64,000 nucleotides of DNA from Haplodiscus bocki (GCA_965655095.1 OZ296656.1:83638001-83702000); one strand, 5' to 3'. Counted from the first letter of the stretch, positions 1 to 11,899 are shown. Translations and numbers: made by a program. Notes: generated from the letters alone by a model not told the origin.

Positions 1-521
1 AGAAATCCAGAAATGAACTCTTACGCCAATTAACCGTTTTCTTCTCCTTTGTTTGAAAGTGTTGCTTGAATATCGATGAGTAATTCTTTAATTGATCTAT
101 TGTTAATATATTATTTTTTTCGTTTTATCAAAGTATGGTGACAAATCACCATCTTTAGATATTAGGACTTTCATAATTGTAGAAAAACGTCCAAAATATT
201 TCATAATTTCAATTTCAGCACCTCCTGTTGTTGCAATTCTAGCCTCATCAAAACAATATGCAAAATTTTTTTTACTAGATTAGTGATATCTGTGTAGTCA
301 TCCTCAAATTACCACAATTCTTTCTTCGGGTTAAATCAAAATGAAGATATGCATTACCCTTTTGAAAATAGCTGTTGTTTTCTCGAAAAATGCATTCAAT
401 ATTTTGATTTGGAATATTTAGTTGTGCTCCTTGTTGATACTAAATCTATGGGAATCTCTTTTTTTATATTTGAATTGTCATTTGTAAAAATATCTATTAT
501 TCGAGAATCTTAAAGACTCAT
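1..521 (-). pseudogene. Polinton major capsid protein (double jelly-roll, PY-like), N-terminal part
   Basis: ATG at 521. Manual translation gives ...YQQGAQLNIPNQNIECIFRENNSYFQKGNAYLHFDL...NFAYCFDEARIATTGGAEIEIMKYFGRFSTIMKVLISKDGDLSPYFDK, which matches the Polinton MCP N-terminal pattern. Stops and frameshifts are present. Confidence 0.75.
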
Positions 522-607
522 TTAAAGTACAAAAAGTTTACTCAAGAATTTACAAACATTTCATATACTATAAAACCAAGTCATGATAAGAAATTGTTTT
601 TAAAGGT

Positions 608-721
608 TCAAAGTTTTGATGATTGTGAAGGCGTAGTAATTTTCACTTTAGGACTATGTTTAGATCTTTTAAAATTATGTTTCTTAGCTTTAGAACGTGA
701 TTTAATCAAAGGATAATGCAT
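608..721 (-). CDS. Small Lys/Arg/Ser-rich protein, candidate virion core (pVII-like) protein
   Basis: MHYPLIKSRSKAKKHNFKRSKHSPKVKITTPSQSSKL* (37 aa), lying between the minor and major capsid genes. Confidence 0.4.
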   Translation of the reverse strand: MHYPLIKSRSKAKKHNFKRSKHSPKVKITTPSQSSKL

Positions 722-743
722 GTATTTATTGTAGCTGTAAGAA

Positions 744-1539
744 TTAAACTCGTTCGATTGATAAGCGAAAAGTTACTGATTGACCGTTGAAAGATACTTT
801 TTTTGCATTTCCATTTTCAAATTGAAAACTGCTATTCGTAATGAAATTTCTACTCTGTAACATATACCAATGGCTTTCTCCTGTAATTTGTTCTCTATAT
901 TTATAACCAGAAGCCACATCCATTGTGAAGATGTGGATAATACCTGTCCGTTTTCTTTTAAATACCAATCCTCGAGCGTTATTATTTTTGAAAAAAATAT
1001 ATAATCAACTGATAATATGTCAACTGGATCAGGTGATTAGGTGATAGTGTATAGTTTTCATATAATCCAATTGCATCAAAACCTAAAATATCTCGTTGGC
1101 TATCATCGGGAGGTAAACTAAATAGCTGTTCTTGTCCGAAAATTTCTGTAAAACAACGTAAGTTTGGAAAAACTGCTCTGAGTAAAAATGGTTAAAGTTC
1201 TTCTGTAAAATGGCCTTTCTCAATAAAAATTCTTTCAATTTCTTCCGTTAAATATTCAAGTTAGTAAGCACCTGGTGCAATAATTATTCGGATGGAACTG
1301 TCTCTATCAGCTAACGATGCAGTGAAATAGAATTTATTATTTTTCTTTGTAACTTTAAAATGCCCACTATATACATTTGGGAAGGTAAGAGCGATTTTAA
1401 ATTGTTTGTTATTAGTTTGTGGTGGTTGAGATAAACGTTTTTCATATTTTGATTCATCCATGACAATCAACATATGCTCCTCAGTTTTAGTTCTTGTATT
1501 GAAAACTATTTGCTCTAAAAGTTCACTTGGTAATTCCAT
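744..1539 (-). pseudogene. Polinton minor capsid (penton-like, single jelly-roll) protein
   Basis: ORFs 1261-1539 (...VYSGHFKVTKKNNKFYF...IAPGAY) and 744-968 (...FENGNAKKVSFNGQSVTFRLSIERV) carry the N-terminal N-x-T-xx-NN-x-F / I-xx-G-x-Y pattern and the C-terminal FNG-xx-xT-xxL pattern of Polinton pentons. The gene is frameshifted. Confidence 0.75.
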
Positions 1540-1547
1540 TTAAAAAG

Positions 1548-2429
1548 CATAAAATTTGTCAAAAGGATTTCGTTATTGCTGTTCGTTTTCTGTTTCACCC
1601 TTCTTTTATAAACCATCTATTAGATTATTAGATTACTAGCTTCTGTCGAGGTATCTTTTTGACCAGATGCTTTGGATCCCAGCAAGATTTGTAGTTTAGT
1701 CCATATACCTAAAATGATGAAGGGGATAATATTTTTCATCTCTTCACATGTTGATCATCATAATTTTCTCCAATTTCTCCAGTTGGATATAACTTTTTTC
1801 TACGTCTTTATAGAGTTTGTGTCTAATTTATATAAAGAGTTTTCATTGGGCTTCTCCTTTGACAGGTTGGTAGTGTGTATGGCTAAGAAATTGTGAAACT
1901 CTCTAAAAATTTACTTTATCCATATCATTCAGTAATTTTAAAAGACTTTTTCTTGTAACAATAAGGGCATTTTGAATGTCTGGGGTTATCACATAATCAT
2001 CTTCACAAAAATGAAATTTCATTCCACCTACTATTCCAACAAGTATTCCATTCCATGAAAAATCACCAATGGGGTTTTCATCTATTTTGAAGAAATTATG
2101 ACTTTTCTTCATAGTCTCCAAAGTGTAATGAAAAGACAGTTGATACACTACTCCTCCAGGTGCTTGATTTTGTGTAGTTTCTATGGCTAGTTGAGGAGGT
2201 GTTTCATTGCCGGGATTTGTTTGCTGAAGACTTTCTCCTATTTTTTTAACTAGATTCATCCGCTTCTTTTAGTTTTTAGTTATACGTTTGAAAGTTTCTT
2301 TTAATTTACTATCATGAGTTTGTTTTAAAATTCTGTTTTTAATTTTAATTGCTCTTGATTTTTCTGTTGTTGTGATAACTTAGCTAATTCAATCATATTC
2401 TGTCTAGTCACACTAGAAAAATTGTTCAT
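1548..2429 (-). pseudogene. Conserved Polinton accessory protein (PZ-like; coiled-coil N-terminus, helical C-terminus)
   Basis: MNNFSSVTRQNMIELAKLSQQQKNQ..., then ORF 1903-2259, then C-terminal WTKLQILLGSKASGQKDTSTEASNLI-DGL-KKGE. This resembles the L-xx-LLG-xx-xG...E-xx-xI motif of Polinton accessory genes. The family name is tentative. Confidence 0.5.
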
Positions 2430-2431
2430 TT

Positions 2432-3168
2432 CTCAAGATTTTAAAGAGAGCTATTTGGAACGAATATACCATTTAATCCCAAACGATAATGACCTATATA
2501 TTTGTCTTTTATCATATCAATAGTTAAGAATTGAAATTTTTGTTCCAGCAGGTAGTACTTTTACCTTTAAGTTCATTAAATTTCATGTCTATATCTGTTT
2601 TGTCTCGATATAGATGTTGAAAGCCTCTCAAAAGTTTGCTTTGAAAATATGATATTTACATTACCATTAGCTCAAATAGTTGTTTTCGGGAGTTTTTAAT
2701 GGTCTTCACTGATTCTGAAATTAGATAATTTTTATGTCTGGATCGTTTAAATAGTGCTTGGATTCTAGGATTGTGTATTTACTTTTCGTTCAAATCATCA
2801 AAATTATTTAAGTTTGGAAAAACTGAATCATATTTCTGTGGATATTTTATTTCTTCTACTGATTCATCTGCTTGGATTTCTGTTTCTGATTTTCCAAAAA
2901 CTCATCATAAACTATTTCCTCAATTAATAGATCTAAGTTTTCTTCACTGAGAATCTTTGGGTTTAAACTTTTAAGTAAGAAGTTACTACAGCATTTAATT
3001 ATGTTTTGATGTGTATCTTGGGGTAGAAAAGTTTCATGGACATATAGTTTATCGAATTCGCTAAAAATTTTTAAATTTATTATTTCGGAAAAAACATGAT
3101 TTTTTACAATCGCTCAGTCCTGTAAAGCCATATCTAACCGGATTAGATGGGTAAAGAAACTTATCCAT
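2432..3168 (-). pseudogene. A32/FtsK-family packaging ATPase of Polinton
   Basis: MDKFLYPSNPVRYGFTGLSDCKKS (degenerate Walker A), NNFDDLNEK (Walker B), PRIQALFKRSRHKN (A32 arginine-finger/RH motif), LPKTTI*ANGN..YHIFK. Stops and frameshifts are present. Confidence 0.85.
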
Positions 3169-3364
3169 TTCTTAATTGTTGTGAAAACAAAGATTTAAGG
3201 GTACTCAATAATATTAACTCTATGAGAAATAGTAATAATACACCACTTGGGATTGATGAAAGTAAAAGTTTAACAATGATTCTAATGTGATCGTTTTGGT
3301 CTTCTATTGTTTGTTTTGTGTTTGTTTTACTAACATATTCTTCAGTTTTATTCAACACATCCAT
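3161..3364 (-). CDS. Small single-pass membrane protein overlapping the ATPase start
   Basis: 67-aa ORF with the hydrophobic stretch IIVKLLLSSIPSGVLLLFLIELILL. It overlaps the ATPase ATG, as in compact viral gene packing. Confidence 0.4.
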   Translation of the reverse strand: MDVLNKTEEYVSKTNTKQTIEDQNDHIRIIVKLLLSSIPSGVLLLFLIELILLSTLKSLFSQQLRNG

Positions 3365-3371
3365 TTACCTA

Positions 3372-3799
3372 ATGGAAACGATAAAGTTTCTCCCATATAT
3401 ATGAAGGCTATTAAAGAAGTTTTAAATTTCTGTAATGAGTTTACATTCTATGATAATAATAAGAATCAAACTGTAATACAATTGAATCATGTACGTGATT
3501 ATTTATTAAATGTTTGATCTGAAGGCGAATTTGTGCATGAAAATAGTCGTATTAGAGTGTTAGGTAATGTAGATGATTTTCCGCTGAAGGCCATAGACAG
3601 AGAAAAAATTAGTCAAGAAATAAATATTCCTAGATTTGGTTGCTTACAAATGTTATGTAAAGAAAGACTATATCAACAAGAAGCAGATATTGAAAATCAG
3701 AGTATTAATACAATGGATGTCAAAGTCATTGTTAGTCGCGATGAAATTGAATCTTCTCAAAAAAATGATTTTAATTATTTTTTTGTGAGTATTTTCTAA
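3372..3799 (+). pseudogene. Unknown Polinton accessory ORF with an internal stop
   Basis: ORFs 3287-3517 and 3533-3799 are in the same frame, separated by one TGA. No family recognised. Confidence 0.3.
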
Positions 3800-4311
3800 T
3801 TAAAGGAAGATTAACACTTCTATCTAGTGCAAATATGAAATACAGATTTTCATTTTTTAATCTACTTGAAATCAATTCGAACATTTGCATGGGTCGCTCA
3901 ATATAAATTTCATCAGTCATGTACTTTGTGTTGCTAATAATTTTAATACACGTTTCGGAAATATGAGAAAACTGATATCCTCTTTCAATAAAATGATCAG
4001 AATAAGGTAATAAAAACCTTCTTAAATGAAAAAAATGTCTTGTTGTTTTGCAATTCAGATTTATTATGTGGAGAAATTTTTTTATCAAAGATAAAATTGA
4101 AATCATAAATAACGAGATATAATTCATTTTTTATTGTAGTTGGTGAGATATTCGTTAAAAATTTCATCTATGTCAAGGATTTTTGGATTTTGTCTATTGT
4201 GTTTTCTTTGTATACATATTTCAATTTCGTTGTATGTCAGACTTTTAAGAAGTTTTTTCCTTTAGACTAAATTTTGAACGTTTTGTCACATACATCACAA
4301 TGCCTTTCCAT
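3771..4311 (-). pseudogene. Zinc-finger-like (CxxC) Polinton accessory protein
   Basis: ATG at 4311: MERHCDVCDKTFKI*SK...ILDIDEIFNEY, continuing by frameshift into ORF 3771-4127. Confidence 0.5.
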
Positions 4312-4379
4312 ATTTAATTATATCCGAAAAATTGAAACAAAAATTAACTTCGAGCAGAATATCAAAAAAATGCAATACC

Positions 4380-4499
4380 TATAATTTTAAAAATAGAAAC
4401 CATGCTATGTATGTTCCGAAATTACGTAAAACTGCACTACCAGCTTTTGATGATAAACAATATTTTTCAAATGAAATTGGAGGCATACCTTGGAAATGA
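4380..4499 (+). pseudogene. C-terminal fragment of protein-primed family B DNA polymerase
   Basis: LRKTALPAFDDKQYFSNEIGGIPWK* matches the K-x-AL-xx-FDDKR...PW/G tail of Polinton pPolB. The rest of the gene is absent here. Confidence 0.7.
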
Positions 4500-4799
4500 T
4501 ACTCTAGGTGGTCGGAATTGCATACCACTCACAATATTTTCCTGTAGAAACGATCTTTCATAGAAGATCTTTTTTTAAAATTTTATGTTTTTTTGTCATT
4601 GTCGTTCCTGTGTACACCCTTTGATACGGTATAAATGATACAAATCTTCAATATTAATTTCTTAAAACTTTTTTTACCTAAATTGTTTCAATTATTATTC
4701 ATTTTTTGTATAATTCCCTAATAATTACTACATTTGATAAGTAGTATAAATTTTTTTGATTTTATATATTCTTCTGTACTACCATTGATCTCGTATATT

Positions 4800-5440
4800 C
4801 TTACAAACATTTTACGAATTTTACCTAATTTTCCAAATTTTTACTATTCTTTACCGTTTTCACTATTTACGAACTCATTCTGACTTTTTAGTCAATTTTT
4901 ACTAAATCTACTTAATTTTCATTATTTTAATTTTCACTGACTATACCTAGTTTTTAATGTTTTCCACTTAATTTATCCAATTTTACTAAATCTATTTAAT
5001 TTCTAATAATTTTAATTTTTTAAATTTTACTTATCTTCTACTAACTTTACTTATTTTTTAACAATTTTACTGAATTTTTACTTTTTCACTATTTTTTACT
5101 AGTTTTAAAAAAATTCTCCTATTTTTGTTTAATTTTCACTAATTTCTGAAATTCTTACTAAATTTACTTATTTTTTGATTTTTTTTACCGATTTTACTTA
5201 AGTTTTACTAAATTTACATAATTTTTACTAGGTTCACCTAATTTTTACTAACTATTCCTAATTTTTTTACTTTTCATTAATTTTACTCAATTTTTATCAA
5301 TTCTATTTATTTTTCACTAATTTTACTTCATTTTTACTAACTATACCTAATTTTTACTGTTTTTTACTAAAGTTACTCACTTTTCACTAATTCTACCTAA
5401 CTTTTACTAATATTACTTAATTTTTACTGTTTTATTATAC
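4800..5440 (+). repeat. AT-rich degenerate tandem repeat (ttttactaa/tttacttaa units), purine-poor + strand
   Basis: Dozens of ttttactaa/tttact variants with almost no G. Flanked by a short direct repeat: tgtgtacaccctttgatacggtataa (~4609) and tgtgtacccccgttgatactgtataa (~5446). Confidence 0.8.
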
Positions 5441-5579
5441 TTTCATGTGTACCCCCGTTGATACTGTATAATTTTCAAATAAACTTATTTGCTTCTGCGA
5501 TTTAGTTTTGTTGTTGTAAGTTTTTTGGCCGCAGTATTTTAGGCGCAGTGCGTCGTCGCGTCTGGTGTTAAATATAATT

Positions 5580-6200
5580 ACATACACTATCATGGTTGAC
5601 ATTTTTATATCTTGACAACGTTCCTCGCAAATGAGCCAGAAGCAAGAACTCCTGAATGAAAACGCTTGATTGCTTTTGCAATTGTGGTTGTTGGCAGTGC
5701 TCCAGGGCGTTCGATTTGCTCAAACCACTAATTTTCCAGTTGTGTTAAATACAAAGCGACAAAAACGTGGCTTTTTTTTCAATGGTTACATCGTTGATGT
5801 TACACTAGTTGATTTGTTGTGTGTGAAAAAATTGGCCGCTGGATTGTTTTCCGGAACCCAAAATTGTTTGGAGCATATCATCGGTTGTTTCCACTATGGC
5901 ACAGGCAGCAACAAATGATCCACATTGTTTAGCAAAAAACATAACGCAGGTCCCAACAAAGTCCAAACAACCAGAGGCCCTAAAACAATGACAACTTTCC
6001 TTTTAATCGGTTGTTCAAGAATTGCTCTTCGAAGACGTATGGTTGACCGAAACATCTATCTGTTCTGCTATGCTAAAAAAGCGTCCGCCGAACGAAGGTT
6101 GTTTAAATGTTTCAGTTGGCATACATCGATAGGTTTTTATAGCAGGTAGTTTTTTGTTTCATCAATGTTGAACAGATTGACTCCGAGTTGCCTCTTCTAT
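5580..6200 (-). pseudogene. Merlin / ISXO2 (IS1595-like) DDE transposase remnant
   Basis: Across frameshifts: PSFGGRFFSIAEQIDVS (cf. GG...EIDES), GLWLFGLCWDLRYVF (cf. GPWVFG), HQRCNH...TQLEN*W (cf. H-xTVNH...TQ-xIE-xxW). Confidence 0.5.
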
Positions 6201-6432
6201 CGAGTTGGCATTGCGCGTCGTGTTTTTTTGTCGGTGCTGTGAGTTATGGTTGGCGTATGTCTTTTGATTTTTTTCCAGCATTGCAGCCAGAGTATATGTT
6301 TCAACATTCAAACGGGTTTGGGGGGTCAGAGTGAAAAAAGGCTATCAGTCCAACCTCAACTCTTACCTTGTCTTTCAGTTTAGAAAGTACTGTCGAAAAG
6401 TGTACTTTCAGGAAAATTACCGCCTTTGTATC

Positions 6433-7300
6433 TGAGATGAGTGTGTGTTTGCCCGTCGATGTCCTTTTTCCTTGACCAACAAATCACTCTCCTCTACGGT
6501 AATATTACCACGAGTCTCATTGATTCCACTTGAGTCTGTATGCGACTGTATCTTACTCGAAGCGGTGATTTGTAGGCCTCGATTTTCCCGAAAAATCCCA
6601 GTGATCTGGTTCCAATACATTATCGTCAACACTCCGTCCGGAAAGTGCATTGGCTGACTTCATGACCAATTCCATTCTAAGAGTCACTAAATTTTCTATT
6701 GCAGTCAATACCGCGTGCTGGACTCTATTTTCGACCGTTGTCATCATATTATCCACTTCACTTCTTACTTTACTAACAATATTTTTCTCAGGTGTGTGCA
6801 CATCTACTTGCGGATAATTAACTTGAGTAGGGTTGCTTATTTTGTCTGAAGAAATACCTCTATATTTCATGTTATCTCTACTTTCAGTTTGCTCGTCCTG
6901 ATTGCTTTGCCCAATCATAAAACCATTGTCTTTTTCACTTAACTGGCTAAAAAGCCTTTTGCTCTGTTGTTTTTTCTCCCGAGTAGAAGCCACTTTAAAA
7001 TCGACTGCTGAAATAACCAATGATATTGGATCAAGTAACACAAAGCATTGGAAAATGAATATAAATCGCAGAATTGAGAAAAGAATCAGGTTCGAGTTTT
7101 TTTTTGAAGAATCAAATTGTTTTCGTTGTCACTCGAATCGTTGTGTCACACCTTTGTGTCAACTGTCGATCACGACTCCTCTGTTGACCTCTCGTTCGAC
7201 CTCCGATCAAAACACATCGTTTCATGACGTCGCAAGGATAACTGCATCTAAAACTGAAGATATAAATACTATCAAGGAATATACTTTGCTTTTACATGAC
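6433..7300 (-). mobile_element. ORF-bearing LTR-like fragment of a Ty3/gypsy family
   Basis: ORF 6553-7041 (VASTREKKQQSKRLFSQL...) continues by frameshift to ...QTHTHL, ending at about 6433. Its basic N-terminus, helical segment and abrupt end parallel the ORF-in-LTR architecture at 38413-39894. Confidence 0.4.
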
Positions 7301-8923
7301 GTCAGGCTATAAATGGCAACAAGGCAAAACTAGCCAAAATGGTATACATATGGTTTTCCTGTAAGTTAACGTTTCTATAGAAAATGCATGTGTTCAAGTA
7401 TTAAAGCTTCAATGAGGTCACATTAACGAATTAAAGGGCTAAAGGGTGTCTTCAGACAGTTTTGGTATTGTTTTGGGACTGTTTCTAGTCCTGGGTAAAA
7501 ATTGTGATACATGACTGGTGTTTGCCAACATGGCTAGGTCAAAGACCGCTCATTAAAAGTTATTTTGACAAATTTACAACATAGCCCCTAAATGTTAATT
7601 TTTTGATGAGAATGTGATTTATGGACATCAATGGGTCGTATTCATATAAAATGACATTGCTTAACAGTTTCATTGCATTAAATGAAATATTACAAGGTAT
7701 ACATGCAGAACACAAATTATTGGCAGCAAATTGGATATATATAAATGATATTTGGTCTTGACTAATTCCGTGAAGGGGTGGTTAAGGTGAAATGTTCCCT
7801 TTTTACACAAGGCTCTTTTATTGTACAAAAGGAGTTACGTACGGTGCATCAAAAGTCTTCTATTTCGTTTTTTCGCTGCGTAACACATTGTTTTCTGCTA
7901 GGTCGTAAGCCGGTCAAAATACTGGCCGTTGACTTACTTTGTTTAGCCTGCTTTATTTTGCGCCGATCAAAAATCAGTCAACGTTTGCTATTTTGACTGC
8001 GCATTAAATTTGAGTATTAAGCACTGCCATAATTGAGTGAATATAGAATTGGGCTATTAACCAATCAGAATACAGTCGCGCCAAATTCGATTGTTCGCGT
8101 CCTGGTACAGTATTTAGATTTGTTCTTGCCTGTAGTTTAATATTTGCGTCTATCGTATGGATTTGCTTTATTTGTATGTTAATATTATTAATACAAGATA
8201 GTATTTACTTGAAACATAATATATAATATTATTCAGGAGTTTTAGTTGATGCTTCCGTCTTCAAATAGGGGCAATTATGTTTCGTGGTTTCCGTTGGGAA
8301 CATTTCCACACGTATTGTTGTATACTTGCCCGTCGCAAGCGGCAGCTTGCGACAGTATCCATTGATTCCAACGTTTTTTTAAAGCTGACGTTCAAGCACG
8401 CAGTTTACTTTGTATCACCGTCCAACGAGTGAGTGGTTCTTAGAGAGCTTTACGGCAGCAGCCATGAAGGTAAACTTCACAGGTCCACCATATCAGGAGC
8501 TGGTCTTTATGATGAATCTCTTTGGCGACCTCCTCAGCGGATCCTACGACAACTCTTGAATGTCCCTGAGAGCGGATTGCGCATAGTCAGCTAATCAATG
8601 GTGGTCCTTGCTCAGAGCATCATCAACATCCATTGCTACACAGCAGCAAAAATAATATATTGACTCCTGATGGTGACTGGTTTTGTCAATTGGCCGCTCG
8701 AATTGTGGTTGACGCAGATGACCAGTCAACTTGCTCTCTTTTCCGAGCGACGTTGTGACAAGATCACAACACTTAAGATGCTCATCGACGATTGACAAAA
8801 CACTCTGCCCAAGTCTACGGGCTGGCTGTTTTTGAATGGCTTTCCAAAACTACGCGAAATTTTTCCAGTTAGAAACCGTGCGACTTGATTCTAAAAGTTG
8901 CAACATTTTCCAGTACCTAACTT

Positions 8924-9313
8924 ACCCCAGTTGAAAACACATTGGTAACATTGATGGTTCATTAATGTTGTCATCAATAGCATCAATGATGCATCAATTC
9001 TACATCGAACATCGTTTACATTGATGACTCTTTAATGTTACATGAATGTTTCGTACATGTTTTCAATGTTTTTCCACATTGAAGCTAACGATGTTCCGTC
9101 TACTAAGCATCAATGATTCATCGGTAAAACATCAATGTTTCAGATATAAGCACATTAAAAACATTAATGATCATTAATCTTTGCATCGAAATCATCAATG
9201 TTTCATCAATGTTGCATCGATGTCGCATCGTTGTCTCTTTAATGAGCAGGCCTGTTTTTCTGATGACGACATGCATGAATCATCTATGTTGCCAATGTGG
9301 TCTCGACTGGGGT
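8924..9313. mobile_element. Non-autonomous TIR element (EnSpm/CACTA-like MITE)
   Basis: ~52-bp TIR: accccagttgaaaacacattggtaacattgatggttcattaatgttgtcatc versus the reverse complement of the right end, accccagtcgagaccacattggcaacatagatgattcatgcatgtcgtcatc. The interior is filled with catcaatg/cattgatg motifs. No clean TSD. Confidence 0.8.
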
Positions 9314-9399
9314 TGTCAGCAGTTATGCATTGAAACGTGATGGCCTTGCCCTAGTGAGATTCAATGGCTTACATCGAAAAGTCACCATTTCACGAGTAG

Positions 9400-11450
9400 T
9401 TTCCATCTGACAGAGACAACAATGAGAGGAAACGTTGAAAAACGATCAAGACTTTGTATCGTGATGTCAGGGATCTAGCGGCCAAAACCTCCTACTCACT
9501 GGAATACCCGTCATGATCGGACTATGAGAAAGTAAAACATTACCTGGCCGAAGTTGAAACCCTAGTTAGTCCAGCCACTACAACTCATAAAAGTGCGCAA
9601 AAGTTTTCTTGGACTTCCCGAGATTCTGACTATGCGTAGTAACTCATTCATTAATATAAAATCCTCTATTCTCCTATTACTTTGGTAGAACAAAGCAACT
9701 AACTGCCTGAAAAAATTGTAATAGGCTGGAAAATCAAAAAGGTTCATAAGGGCTAAAACACGACCAACGGCACTGCAAAAAAATCAGGTATTTTCCACTC
9801 CAATAGTCGTTTATAGACATCCTGGATTTTAAGTATACCTTCAGAAAAATCTTTCAAACAGTAAGACATCAACATATTCAACACCAGGTTGCAAGAGTCG
9901 ACCCTCACTGAAACTTTTACGCTTCATTGCCCGGCTACTGGTTTTACTGATAATCTCATCCGTTTGGCGAAATCAACACAGTTCAACGATAAACAATCGG
10001 TCTGAGATAGCCGATCGATTTTCTCTCGAGCCTTGTTGTCATGCGTGAGTGGTCAACAACATCGAGTAGTAGGTTATTCGAGGACAATTACGAGTTCACT
10101 GGATCCAGCTCAAAACAAAACGTCAGTTTCGTCCACAGAAGTCACATGCAGTTAGATAAAATCTCGACAATGGAAGTCAAAAACCTCTTTCCTAATTTTT
10201 TCCCTTTCCATTTTGACTTTGAGCGTGTTTGAAGCATGACAGTTCTCGATTCTTTTTCCGTAGCTCATAGAGAAAAATTATCAAATTTTTCTCCGGTACC
10301 TAAATGCTACCATTGGGCAACAACACAAATATGCCCTACACTGTTCGTCCCATTTTGTCCCCCTTGTACAATTACGCCAATAGTTCACGAAAAGAAGTGA
10401 ACTACTTTTGTTGAAGGCACCTCACCTTGATGAGTCCAAGTTAAGAACCAGTATTGTGCACCTCATAAGAAACGAAGAGCATTGCTTTGCATCCGTCGAT
10501 AGATATTCTCGCTCATTACAAAGACAAGGAAGAAGCGCTTCCAAGATATCTGATCTGTCAGATAACGGATTCGTCGTTGAGACTGGATCACCAAATTATG
10601 CCAAAATGGTGGCCATTTCCTCTTCAATAGGGCAAAAAGTTTCAGCAGTACCACTTGTGGAACATTTACCGAGATTCACAACTGACAACTAACGTCCCTG
10701 AGTGCAGTGGCACTTTACAATCCCATCATCTTGGACAATCCGAACAAGTATCTCCGTTCACCAGTGAAGTATACCCTGAGTTCCAGGAAACAGCTGACAA
10801 TGTAGTTCTTCTTGAGAGCTTAAAACGGCAAAACCTCCCGGAAGCCTATTAGAAGTAGATTGGAAATTGTTCAGCTTCTTCATTTCGTGGTGCTCAGGTC
10901 ATAAGCTAAAAAACGTGGTCTCACACAAACAATAAGAATTCTGGAGACTTTATCAACCAAGAAGACGAGCAGCGCATCCTCATAAAGGAGATCATTAGTG
11001 GACGAGCTAAGAAAGTATCATGCTACAAACTGATAGCAAAACTAGGATTAGCAATAAAAAAGTGAGGAATAAAACACCCCATTAAACTTGCAGTTCCTCA
11101 AAAAAACACTTGTCCTAAATCCTGGTTTGCATTGCCATTGACTGACTCCCTTCTTTAGTTTTGTGCCTGAACTTGGAGATAACGCGGCCATCTAAGGTGC
11201 TTTTGATCACACAACGCCCTGGCTGAACGATAGAGATGCAAAAAGTCAGAAAAAAATAGACTCGGACGTCAACTAATATCTAAATCCGAAATGACTGTCT
11301 ATCTAAAAAGAAAACATCATGAACAGTCTTGACGGAATCTTTTAGGCTGAAGTCCGATAGAAGTCAAAGGATGGACTTAGCCAGCACTTAAAAACAACGG
11401 CTAGATGCCCTGGTTGGCTCCATTTGGGAAGCAAAAGCATCAATCAAATC
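9400..11450 (+). mobile_element. Highly decayed non-LTR retrotransposon (LINE) ORF2 relic
   Basis: Scattered motifs in the expected order: EN-like IFHSNSR, EFQETADNVVLL (cf. DFSKAFD-xV), GLTQ (cf. G-xPQG), LVDE (cf. FVDD), IAID (cf. LGI-xID). All are weak. Confidence 0.4.
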
Positions 11451-11899
11451 TGCTTGGCTGCTCGTTATGACATCACTGTCGTGTTTCATTCGCATTGTAA
11501 CAAGTCCTGTTGGTTTTATTGTCAAATGCAGCTTTCTTGGTTCCCAAACAGTTTAACGGTAAGCTGCAAAATTTGAACAGGCAAACTTGACGATAAGCTA
11601 CAACGGGCAACAATCAACGCCGGCCGAGATGCTATAATCGATTGGGATAGCGCCTTGTTTGTTTGTCAGAATGTTTACTCTCTGTTCCCGCGTTGATTGA
11701 CTAAAATATATCAGTGTGCATAATAATCAGTGTGTTCCATCAGTGCGAAAAAGAACCTCAATGTAAGTTCGGTAATTGAATTGGTAGTCAATGGAAAAAA
11801 TAATTTTGCGTTTCGGCATATTTCACCATCACTGTGTTTTATATATCCTTGATTAATTTTCAAGCAGAAATGCAAAGGCAAAACAATCTCTTTCACGAC

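Larger units (their letters stand above)
1..5560 (-). mobile_element. Decayed Polinton/Maverick (adintovirus-like) element; runs off the left edge
   Basis: Co-oriented cluster of ATPase, PZ-like, minor capsid, basic and major capsid pseudogenes, plus a pPolB C-terminus and an AT-rich terminal-like region. The right boundary is approximate. Confidence 0.85.

Noticed and set aside
7300-8900. Short ORFs and possible TIR ends
   Set aside because: No recognisable motifs or paired termini could be established by eye.
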